From Nitrosopumilus sp. (GTDB taxonomy: Archaea > Thermoproteota > Nitrososphaeria > Nitrososphaerales > Nitrosopumilaceae): DNA of 64,000 bases. The notes beneath the pieces were generated by a model. The model ran no database searches. It was not told where the DNA came from and saw only the letters and a list, made by a program, of their open reading frames with translations. Where the stretch lies: contig OZ244651.1 in NCBI GenBank assembly GCA_965218695.1, positions 1,472,001-1,536,000 on the forward strand. Direction: 5' to 3'. The position numbers were made by a program, and so were the translations under genes. Shown one piece after another: positions 54,706-62,877 of this stretch; the first letter of the stretch is position 1; the number at the start of each line of letters is the position of its first letter.

Positions 54706-55905
54706 TTATTTTTTCTTGCCAGGTTTGGTTTTGGCCGGTTTAGATGCAAGAGTCGGTTTGGCAGATTTTTTGGATTTTGCCTTTGCGGTTTTTTTGGCCG
54801 GTTTGGGTTCTGGCTTGTCATGAGTTTTTGCAGGTATTTTGGGCTTAGGAGTCTGCTTGGGCGGATTTTTAATTTTTTTGGATTTTACCGTCTTTTTTAC
54901 GGTTTTTTTGGCGGATTTAGGTGCGGGTGGCTTTTTGGGCTTGGCGGATTTAGGTGCGGGTGGCTTTTTGGGCTTGGCGGATTTAGGTGCGGGTGGCTTT
55001 TTGGGCTTGGCGGATTTAGGTGCGGGTGGCTTTTTGGGCTTGGCGGATTTAGGTGCGGGTGGCTTTTTGGGCTTGGCGGATTTAGGTGCGGGTGGCTTTT
55101 TGGGCTTGGCGGATTTAGGTGCGGGTGGCTTTTTGGGCTTGGCGGATTTAGGTGCGGGTGGCTTTTTGGGCTTGGCGGATTTAGGTGCGGGTGGCTTTTT
55201 GGGCTTGGCGGATTTAGGTGCGGGTGGCTTTTTGGGTTTGGTTAGTTTCTTGGATGACGCTGCCCCGGTTTTTTTAGCGAGGGCATTCTGAAGTCTTAGC
55301 GTTTCCTGTTTCAATGCCTGTTCTGCAGATGTCACTACCCGGGCCTGCTTTTTCAGTTCTCTTGCAAGACTTCTTGCCATGCGGCGGGAATCGGTCGCGG
55401 TCTTTTCCAGGGAATTCTTCAGCTGTGCATGTTTTTGAATTTTAGAGAAGGATTTGGATTTTATTTTGGAATATTGGGCGATTTCCCGTACCACTTTTCT
55501 TGCAGTTTGTTCCCGGCTATTAATCTCAGAGACGAGATCCTGAACATGCCTGGTAAGCTGCTGCAGTCTATCGTCGGCATCCTGCTTTCCGTCAGAATCA
55601 TCAGCAGATGCCGCCTTTTGTTCAACCACAATGATCTCGTTTTTTTCCATGGACAGCCGCTGTTTGGCACCATCTACCAGCCGTCCAATACTGTCCATCT
55701 GGGAGTTTTTTTGAGCAAGAGTAGTGGAGATGTCAGATGTGTGTTCGTCTTCTACATCCATCTTCTTTTCAAGCAGTGCGATACGGGCAGACAGCCTTTT
55801 TTCGACAGAACGAATCTTATTTAGATCATTGCGGACTTTTCTCTCCAAGGCTACCGATTCCTTTGTTCTTTGATACAATTTTGCTAGTTTATCCAGGGAT
55901 GCCAT
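54706..55905 (-). CDS. coiled-coil protein with histone-H1-like Lys/Pro/Ala-rich tail
   Basis: About 210 aa coiled coil, then (KPKKPPAPKSA)x10 and a K-rich end. Confidence 0.85.
   Translation of the reverse strand: MASLDKLAKLYQRTKESVALERKVRNDLNKIRSVEKRLSARIALLEKKMDVEDEHTSDISTTLAQKNSQMDSIGRLVDGAKQRLSMEKNEIIVVEQKAASADDSDGKQDADDRLQQLTRHVQDLVSEINSREQTARKVVREIAQYSKIKSKSFSKIQKHAQLKNSLEKTATDSRRMARSLARELKKQARVVTSAEQALKQETLRLQNALAKKTGAASSKKLTKPKKPPAPKSAKPKKPPAPKSAKPKKPPAPKSAKPKKPPAPKSAKPKKPPAPKSAKPKKPPAPKSAKPKKPPAPKSAKPKKPPAPKSAKPKKPPAPKSAKPKKPPAPKSAKKTVKKTVKSKKIKNPPKQTPKPKIPAKTHDKPEPKPAKKTAKAKSKKSAKPTLASKPAKTKPGKKK
54908..55237. repeat. 33-bp tandem repeat x10 (in-frame VNTR)
   Basis: Unit TTGGCGGATTTAGGTGCGGGTGGCTTTTTGGGC, essentially identical copies with no spacers. 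Confidence 0.97.
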
Positions 55906-55960
55906 TCAATCTACCAACGATGCAGAGTATGACGTTGTTTATATAGTTAGACCTTATGCA

Positions 55961-57197
55961 GGGCGTTGTCCACATCTTCCTCAAAAAAGCAGCGTTACGC
56001 TTAAAGATCATTAGCGTCAGACATCCGAAAAGTTTTGGATCACCGATCCTGCCCACAATTAATGAATTCCAATAGAAAAAAGAGGAAAGCAAAGAACAGA
56101 GACAAGGAAGACAAGAAGAAATGGGTGCGCCCGAAAGGCTACAGCAAAAAATACGAGATGCGAAGGAGTGGGGAGGGGAAACGAGTGTCAATCGGAATCC
56201 TTGCCCTTACCACCATCCTGTACGAGATCTGCAAGCCCAAGTCCGACAAGGACCGGCGCATGATCTCCTACTTGATCTGCCTCATGGACAAGGAGTTTCG
56301 CGGCAACTCGTACCGGGAACACGTCTCGTACCTCGAGGCAAACCCAGGTTCACTGCACGTCTGCGGCTTAAAAGCCGTTCCGTCCAAATCGTGCCTGCAT
56401 GCGGCAGCCAAGAGGCTGGCAGAAAAGCAGAAGATTCTGATGGAAGTGATCCTGGGACAGGCAGGGAGTGACGCTCACGGTCCGCTCCTTGGGGACGCAA
56501 GCGGATTTTCCATCAACATCTACGCCGACTGGGAGGATGCCAAGAAGGGCATCATACCCAGGCGTCAGTTCGTCAAGCTGCACATACTGGTAGCCCCGCA
56601 CGGAAGGATCGCCGCATGCATGGTGACGCCCGGACTTGCCCACGACTCGCCGATATTCCGGAAGATGTTTGCCCGCACGCCAGACGGCGACGGGCACGTC
56701 ATGCTGGATTCGGCGTATGACGCGCACGCAAACTGCAAGATGATCTACGACAGCGGCAGAAAACCGGTGATCTGGCCCCGCAAGAACCACACCGCAAAGG
56801 GCTTCAATCCCAGGGCAGAGATGCTCCGCTGGTTCAGGCGGGATCGGGAAGGGTTCGAGAAGGTGTACCACCAGCGCAGTCTTGTCGAGTCCGTGTTCTC
56901 ATCCATGAAGGAGAGGTTCGGTTCCGTCGTGGCCGCAAAGACGTTTCCCATGCAGAGACTCCAGATAATCCTGCGAAGCATCTGCTACAACCTGATAGCA
57001 TAGGGGTCCCGGTAGGGGCAGAATGCCGGTTTCCGGTTCCAGCGGATGCCATGCACCACTAGATGAAAACGGCTCAAAAACGACCAACCGCAAGCCTGCC
57101 GACACCAGAAACCCCTTCAGAGTCCAGGTTTGGGATGCCAAAATGAACCAAAAATAGTGTGAAATAGAGCAGGATTATCAAAAGGTGGACAACGCCC
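55961..57197 (+). mobile_element. IS5-family element (ISH1/IS903-like)
   Basis: 13-bp IRs GGGCGTTGTCCAC / GTGGACAACGCCC; TSD CTTATGCA (8 bp, or 10 bp if the termini are GG). Confidence 0.92.
56035..57003 (+). CDS. IS5-family transposase
   Basis: GDASGFS, FVKLHI, MLDSAYD, YHQRSLVESVFS; homologous to the split transposase at 15555. Confidence 0.92.
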   Translation: MDHRSCPQLMNSNRKKRKAKNRDKEDKKKWVRPKGYSKKYEMRRSGEGKRVSIGILALTTILYEICKPKSDKDRRMISYLICLMDKEFRGNSYREHVSYLEANPGSLHVCGLKAVPSKSCLHAAAKRLAEKQKILMEVILGQAGSDAHGPLLGDASGFSINIYADWEDAKKGIIPRRQFVKLHILVAPHGRIAACMVTPGLAHDSPIFRKMFARTPDGDGHVMLDSAYDAHANCKMIYDSGRKPVIWPRKNHTAKGFNPRAEMLRWFRRDREGFEKVYHQRSLVESVFSSMKERFGSVVAAKTFPMQRLQIILRSICYNLIA

Positions 57198-57214
57198 CTT
57201 ATGCAGGATGCAAC

Positions 57215-57370
57215 TGGTTAGGTTCACGACTGGATTTTGAGATCAACAGACAGCGAACCTAACCTTTTACATGCAGGATCGGTGCGCAGACACGCGCCTT
57301 TCTGCATTGAGCAAACACCGACTAGTCGTACTGCCCCGCCAGGGGGTTCTTCCATCATCGCTTCACATGC
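57215..57370 (-). ncRNA. putative TnpB omegaRNA/reRNA scaffold
   Basis: Three consecutive minus-strand hairpins (about 57334-57346, 57271-57307, 57216-57264), two with G-U pairs that work only on the minus strand, ending at the element terminus. Confidence 0.5.
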
Positions 57371-57614
57371 GCCCAGTCTGGCTCGCGTGCTGGACGTATT
57401 TGCCGTACATCCCGTCGCCTTTCAGCGTGCGGTATAGTGCATTCTGGAACTCCTTGCGCGTGCGCAGACCCATCTTGTGACTAAGCCGTACTGTCTCGTT
57501 TACGATCGAACGGAACTCGGCAAACATGTGGCTGAATTCTGCACTGAGCGTGGAGTGGACCCCTGTCTTTAGGATCGTTTTTTGCAACATTTTCTGCACA
57601 TTCTTTGCCCTCAT
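57363..57614 (-). pseudogene. tnpB: internally deleted TnpB/Cas12f-like nuclease (N-terminal WED/REC part)
   Basis: MFAEFRSIVNETVRLSHKMGL...FQNALYRTLK...YGKYVQHA resembles TnpB REC helices; a shifted frame continues GACEAMMEEP (C-tail-like); no RuvC or zinc finger. Confidence 0.6.
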
Positions 57615-58456
57615 TATCTGTTTGCTACCTCCTTTGGATTTATCGCCTCCCAGCGTTGGGCAAATTCGTCTGGCGGCACGTATCCCAGGGCAGAGTGTAT
57701 CCTGTGCCTGTTGTAGTCGGCAAGCGCATCAAACAGGGCCACCTCGGCCTGTCCTGCATCCTTGAACTCGAGCGGCCAGATGTATTCTTTTTTGAGCGTC
57801 TTGTGGAACGACTCTATGTGGCCGTTCTGTTGCGGCGTGTTGACGTAGATGTACTCCAGCCTGGCGCCAAGCACGTCAATGGATTTCCTAAAGTCCCTGC
57901 TGGTGTACTGGGAACCGTTGTCAACCCTTATGGTCAGCTTGGAGGGATCCAAGTCGTGTGCTGCCACGGCGTTGGTGATTGACATGATGGCTGCATGCCG
58001 GGTGGCACGCGTGTCAAAGGCGAATCCCAACCACTGTCTGGTAAAGACGTCAAGGACGTTGAAGGAATAGCACCACCCGTCCCGTCCGCACCATATGTAT
58101 GACATGTCTGCCTCCCAGAACCGGCCGGGTTCGGTCGGCCTGGGCAGTCTCTTGTTTGAGCGGATTATCTCCGACTTGCGCATTTGGGGCACGGTCCATC
58201 CCAGTTTTCGGTATATTCGGGACACCTTTTTGCGGTTTACCGGAATTCCAGACTGTCTAGAAATCTGGGCTGCCATCCTGCGCGTCCCATACGTGGGTCT
58301 TGCACGGGCAATCTCCATGATCTCAGATTTCATGGCATCGTCGATTGCCACGACCCTTGGCTTTTTGGAATAATACCATGCAGTCCGGGACACGCCGCAG
58401 TATGAAAGGGATTTTGTCAGGCTGATGCTCTTGCATGCCTCCCTTGCTGCCGTCAT
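57614..58456 (-). CDS. IS3-family transposase OrfB (integrase core)
   Basis: YGTRRM, VNRKKV.RI, WEADMSY, RVDNGSQY, NGHIESF..TLKKE, YNRHRIHSALGY. Confidence 0.93.
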   Translation of the reverse strand: MTAAREACKSISLTKSLSYCGVSRTAWYYSKKPRVVAIDDAMKSEIMEIARARPTYGTRRMAAQISRQSGIPVNRKKVSRIYRKLGWTVPQMRKSEIIRSNKRLPRPTEPGRFWEADMSYIWCGRDGWCYSFNVLDVFTRQWLGFAFDTRATRHAAIMSITNAVAAHDLDPSKLTIRVDNGSQYTSRDFRKSIDVLGARLEYIYVNTPQQNGHIESFHKTLKKEYIWPLEFKDAGQAEVALFDALADYNRHRIHSALGYVPPDEFAQRWEAINPKEVANR

Positions 58457-58749
58457 TCTCTGCCTCCCTCCAACGTTTTTTTTAGTGCCTCGTTGGCCAC
58501 GGCGTACTCGCCGATGATCCTCTTGAGGGTCTCTACTTCCCGGGTGTGCTTCTTGAGGGCTCTGGCCGTGCCGGATCTTGCCACGGCATCCTTGCCACCC
58601 TCCAAGAACTGTTCCTTCCACATGTACAAGGTTCTTGGGGCCAGGTTGTGCTCGCGGCACAATTCTGCAGCCTTGGTCTCCGGATTGAATGTCTGCAACA
58701 CGATGCGGATCTTTTCGTTCGTGCTCCACCTTGTCTTCTTGTCAGCCAT
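58453..58749 (-). CDS. IS3-family transposase OrfA (HTH + leucine zipper)
   Basis: EKIRIV, AELCREHNL...LYMWK..F, EVETLKRIIGE; A8 slippery run at 58476-58483 leads -1 into orfB. Confidence 0.92.
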   Translation of the reverse strand: MADKKTRWSTNEKIRIVLQTFNPETKAAELCREHNLAPRTLYMWKEQFLEGGKDAVARSGTARALKKHTREVETLKRIIGEYAVANEALKKTLEGGRE

Positions 58750-59617
58750 GTTGTTCCCCCCTTGGCACGGCTAAAAAGTGTGCAATGCTGATCGTTCCTA
58801 TTCTAGCGGGGACCGGACCAGAGCGTGTGCGGCTGCCAGACGGACAGCACGTGGTGGACGGACATACTGTACATATACCGTATTTTACCTTAAAGATATG
58901 CAAACAGTTCGATCACGTGCAACTTCTTTTGAACCGGCCTTTGTAAAACTCCAAATTTTACTAAAACTGCAAAATCATGTTTTCTAAAAATTTGGAGATT
59001 GTGTATAAGATCTGTTATAAGTTGACTTTTCAGTTAGGAAAAATAACGGGACACGATTCACTGATATGTCTTTTGAGACTAAAATCCGTGTATCAGGGCC
59101 TATTTATGAAAAATCACAAAATTCACAACAGCGGGTTTGGGACAGGCTGCATGGCATTATGCAAATCATCCATGGGTGCCTGTCTTCTGCTAAATTTCAG
59201 GCATCCTGCACGCCTTGGACTGCAACTGGAATTGGGTTATTCCCGGGGGGGTCGTTGTCATTCCAAGCAGGTGCCCTCTGACTAGCCGGTAAAACCCACG
59301 CCGCGCACTTCACATATCATGCCCGTCATCAAAACCCCTCCGGCGCTCCCCTCAGCCAGGCTCTCCCGCCGGATCCTGCGTGTCTTTGCAGACACCACAG
59401 ATACCATCCTGCAGGTATCATCATGATGGTCAGCATCATGCACGATGATGGCAGACAGAATCCCTGTTGCCCATTCCCAGAGGTTTTACAAGCCGGATAC
59501 GGCTTCCCCGTCCGGATGTTTCCTATCTGTCAGACTGCAATCTGCCTCGCAGGCCATCCCTGTTGCGAGTACCGGCTGTTTTTGAAAGAATATTAGTCAA
59601 TGTACTCCAGCAGGATC

Positions 59618-59929
59618 ATGGATTTTCATCCAAGGGATCTCCCCATATCCAAGACATACGACATAACGGACGAAAGTGGCGTTTCCGATGCGGTAGATGA
59701 CATGGTAAGGCTGGGATTCAGAGGCAAGAATGACGGATTCAGAGTTTTGATGCCAAAGGAGTCAAAGACTGCAAAAAGAATCGGATACATGGTAACTACC
59801 GGGGTGACACACGGACTAAGAAAGAGAAACGAGATCAGGAATGTCAGATACTGGACATACCACCACGACGAGGATCATTACGCAATAGTTCTGATAAGCG
59901 GCTCTGTCCTGGAATCATTGGGTCTTTGA
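59618..59929 (+). CDS. conserved hypothetical protein
   Basis: MDFHPRDLP...RYWTYHHDEDHYAIV; overlaps the convergent PAP2 gene. Confidence 0.78.
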   Translation: MDFHPRDLPISKTYDITDESGVSDAVDDMVRLGFRGKNDGFRVLMPKESKTAKRIGYMVTTGVTHGLRKRNEIRNVRYWTYHHDEDHYAIVLISGSVLESLGL

Positions 59930-60598
59930 TCTCTCGAAGATTTTGTACAGCCTTGTCCTGTGGGCCAGCACGCCTGCCAGCATGATGCCAATGACTGCCC
60001 CGCCAATAACATCCATCGGATAGTGCTGCAGGACGTAAATTCTGCTGACAGATACCATTGCAGGGTACAGGAACATCAGGTATGCCCCGCGCGGAAACCG
60101 CTCAGACAGGGCATATCCGAGAATTATCGCAAATACCATGGATCTTGCTGCATGCCCGGACGGATACGAGGCGTTATACCCGCCCTCGCAAAACAGGGCA
60201 AACGTATCACGGCTGATATCTACAGGGAACGGCACGCCCTCAAAGTCATAGCCTGGCCGGTCCCGGTCAATGCCGCACTTGATATATCCGGTAAGAAGCG
60301 TGGATATCACTATCAGAATCATCAGGGTGATGCCTACCCTGCGGGTCTTTGGAATTATCAGCACCAGAATTCCAAACATCAGCATGTTAAAGACGTCCCC
60401 GCTCTCGGTAACGGACTGCATGATGATGTCAACTGTGGGATCCCCGACATTCTGAGAGAAAAACAGGGCCACGCTGTGATCAAAGCCGTCAGTCGCTCCA
60501 GAGTACACCGTGATGGCAAGAATCAGGGAGAGTACTGCCAATAGCACGAAGGAACGCGACCTGACTTCAAAGATCCAATCTTGCAACCAGTTACTCAT
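59915..60598 (-). CDS. PAP2-family phosphatase
   Basis: K.GIDRDRP, SYPSGH, SRIYVLQHYPMDV. Confidence 0.92.
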   Translation of the reverse strand: MSNWLQDWIFEVRSRSFVLLAVLSLILAITVYSGATDGFDHSVALFFSQNVGDPTVDIIMQSVTESGDVFNMLMFGILVLIIPKTRRVGITLMILIVISTLLTGYIKCGIDRDRPGYDFEGVPFPVDISRDTFALFCEGGYNASYPSGHAARSMVFAIILGYALSERFPRGAYLMFLYPAMVSVSRIYVLQHYPMDVIGGAVIGIMLAGVLAHRTRLYKIFERSKTQ

Positions 60599-60901
60599 CA
60601 GGCGGGTGCTGTTTTTAGTTTTTCCAATTGTTTCATGGACTTTTGGCAGTCCCGTCAGACTCCGACGGGAACATGTCAGGAATTTTTGCCTGCAGCGGAA
60701 TTTTGTAGGCACTGATGAAAGCATGTCATGTGCATGATCCCTTCTGGCCGTCACATCCTCATAATGCCGCCTCCGGAATTTGGGAGACATCACATCCGGG
60801 GCATACATGTCCAGAGCTCCCAGAGGCGGGCACATCTATCTGCAGAATTAATCATGCCCATGCACGGACAAGTCTCGGATCAGGGCGCATGCCTTTGGGA
60901 C

Positions 60902-62148
60902 CAGCTAAGCGAAAAGTGCCTCATCTGAGATCAGGTAGGCGGTTTGGACTGGCGTATGAGGAGTGATTCCAACTGCACCTTGAACGTGAGCATGGTCATG
61001 ACACTCTGCCTTTCGGTACCGTCAGAAAGCATTGCCCTGACGATTATCCATTCATTGTACAATGTTAGGGAATAGTAAAAACACAACATCCGCGATTCCA
61101 TGTCCGAAATCCGCGTCTTGGCCCTGCACTCCTCGATTTTACCGTACCCGGTCTCTATTCCCCATCTTTTGGCATAAGCCTCCGTCTTGATTGTGGGGTG
61201 GTTTGTTGCAAACCCGATGTATTTCTCTTCCGGGACATCAGGGTCTTTGGCGTTTTTTCTTTCAGTTATTATCATGGAATATTCGACGGAGCCCTGGTTG
61301 TTCTCAATCACGTTTGTTGAGATCCTTTCCCTCTTTCCTTGTGCAAAATCCTGCAGGGCTTCCACCACGTTGGGCGTGTTCCTGCACGGCATCAGGTACC
61401 TTACGCCGTTTGCCCGCAGCCTGCTTATCGTGTCGACTGAGAAGAATTCCCGGTCAAGCAGCGCCAGGCGGATCCTGATGCCCATCCCTGCCATGGTCTT
61501 GAGGACTGCATCCACGTAATCAGGCACGAATTCGAGCCTTTTGAGGTATGATGCTGCAAGGACCATGCGCATCTTGTCGTTTACGCACTGGGCTGTCATG
61601 TAACGCTCAAAATACGTGGTTCCGTTTTTGTATTTGGAACGGGTCAGCTCCCCTCCGGGTGCCCGGTCATAACGCGGTATGAGGTGCATGTCGATTGCGA
61701 TGTCCAGTCCTTCTTTTGGGAATTTGCCCAGTTTTTTGAATGTGTCAAGTTGCACTGCCACCATTTCTTCGAATGCGCGCTGAACCGTGCCCTGCTCCAT
61801 CCCCTTGATTGCCGATGCATGCCACCTGTCGGAGGGAGCGTCGCAGTGCGTGCGCTTTACCGCGTTTGCGCACCCGCCTACGGACGAATCCATGGTGGCT
61901 CCCCTCAGCATGCCGTGATTTAGATCGTCTGTTCCAAATACCGCATTGTACCTGTTTGACGTGTTGGCGCAGGCAAGCATGTTTTTCATGCCGCTTGCGA
62001 CATCTTGATATATTCTTGGATTGTTCAGTAGATCGCGGCCCTGCTTGGTTTTTTGTCTAGACAACAAAAACCATAGGGCCGTACCCTTATTGATCTGCTT
62101 GCATTCTTGTCAGATTTTGCCTAGATCAAAGCACATTTCGCTTAGCTG
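60902..62148 (-). mobile_element. ISH3-family element
   Basis: 18-bp IRs CAGCTAAGCGAAAAGTGC / GCACATTTCGCTTAGCTG (1 mismatch); no TSD seen. Confidence 0.88.
60931..62067 (-). CDS. ISH3-family transposase
   Basis: IAIDMHLIPRY, LLDREFF, GFATN, YAKRWGIETGY; paralog of 36829-38019. Confidence 0.92.
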   Translation of the reverse strand: MLSRQKTKQGRDLLNNPRIYQDVASGMKNMLACANTSNRYNAVFGTDDLNHGMLRGATMDSSVGGCANAVKRTHCDAPSDRWHASAIKGMEQGTVQRAFEEMVAVQLDTFKKLGKFPKEGLDIAIDMHLIPRYDRAPGGELTRSKYKNGTTYFERYMTAQCVNDKMRMVLAASYLKRLEFVPDYVDAVLKTMAGMGIRIRLALLDREFFSVDTISRLRANGVRYLMPCRNTPNVVEALQDFAQGKRERISTNVIENNQGSVEYSMIITERKNAKDPDVPEEKYIGFATNHPTIKTEAYAKRWGIETGYGKIEECRAKTRISDMESRMLCFYYSLTLYNEWIIVRAMLSDGTERQSVMTMLTFKVQLESLLIRQSKPPT

Positions 62149-62877
62149 AATGTGCCAGAATACTTTAAAACCATCACACAGTGGTGGGTTGATTCCAGAA
62201 TTACGGACGAGGAGTATATCAGGGCGGTAAATTATCTGGCAAACAAGCATATCATACCAACCCACTTCTCATCCGCAATTCCTATTAACTTGGTTGAAAG
62301 AATGCATGGATAGTTTTGCCGCAAGTACAATCTCCTGGCCTGCCAATGCGTGGATCACCGGCATTTCGGCCATCACGTGGATCATCTGATCCAGAAAATG
62401 CTCAGGTACTACCCAATGAAACATCCGCCGACAGGTAACACCGACAATATCGACACAAGAGGTAACAGAACCTGATGGAGTCGGGCCGTCTATCTTCGAG
62501 GTGGCTTTGGAAAAAACGTTGATCATGTGCGATGCCATCATAGTAATGTTCTATGGCCTCCTGGCTCTAATCCGATACCGGCGGCAGGTTCCTAATGTTT
62601 CTGAAAAGAGATCCTACAAGCATTTATGGCCATAATTGCCGTGGCTGCGCCAATGCCTGGCATGCATCTGATTGAAGGTGATATTGCCGGACACTGCCAT
62701 GACTAAAAATTACCGCTCTCCAATCATCTAAAGGAGCCGTTCACCGGAAAATGACCCCTTAATTGGTTCACACGGCTGCTAAAAATCCACATTAATGGAA
62801 CAGCAGAATATTCTGCGGATTACAGAATGCCAGACAAATAAGCATCATTTTGTATTCGCACTTGGCACCAGAATATT

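Larger units (their letters stand above)
57215..58820 (-). mobile_element. IS3-family-like element carrying a truncated tnpB and a structured right end
   Basis: TG...CA termini with imperfect IR (TGGTCCGGTCCCCG vs TGGTTAGGTTCACG, plus inner GATCAGCA/GATCAACA); order orfA-orfB-tnpB'; no TSD found. Confidence 0.7.

Noticed and set aside
54908-55237. 33-bp repeat array as a CRISPR array
   Set aside because: The units are head-to-tail with no spacers, are a multiple of 3 and lie in frame within a CDS; no cas genes are nearby.
54820-55291. Plus-strand ORFs with GGFRCGWLFGL / LADLGAGGFLG repeats
   Set aside because: They are antisense shadows of the repeat-containing gene.
58457-58729. N-terminal extension of the 371-aa ORF 57614-58729
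   Set aside because: It is the open -1 frame overlapping orfA; the real OrfB begins at the slippery site or the ATG at 58456.
62150-62870. ORF 62269-62541 and neighbouring fragments
   Set aside because: No identifiable homology by eye; probably pseudogene debris between two IS elements.
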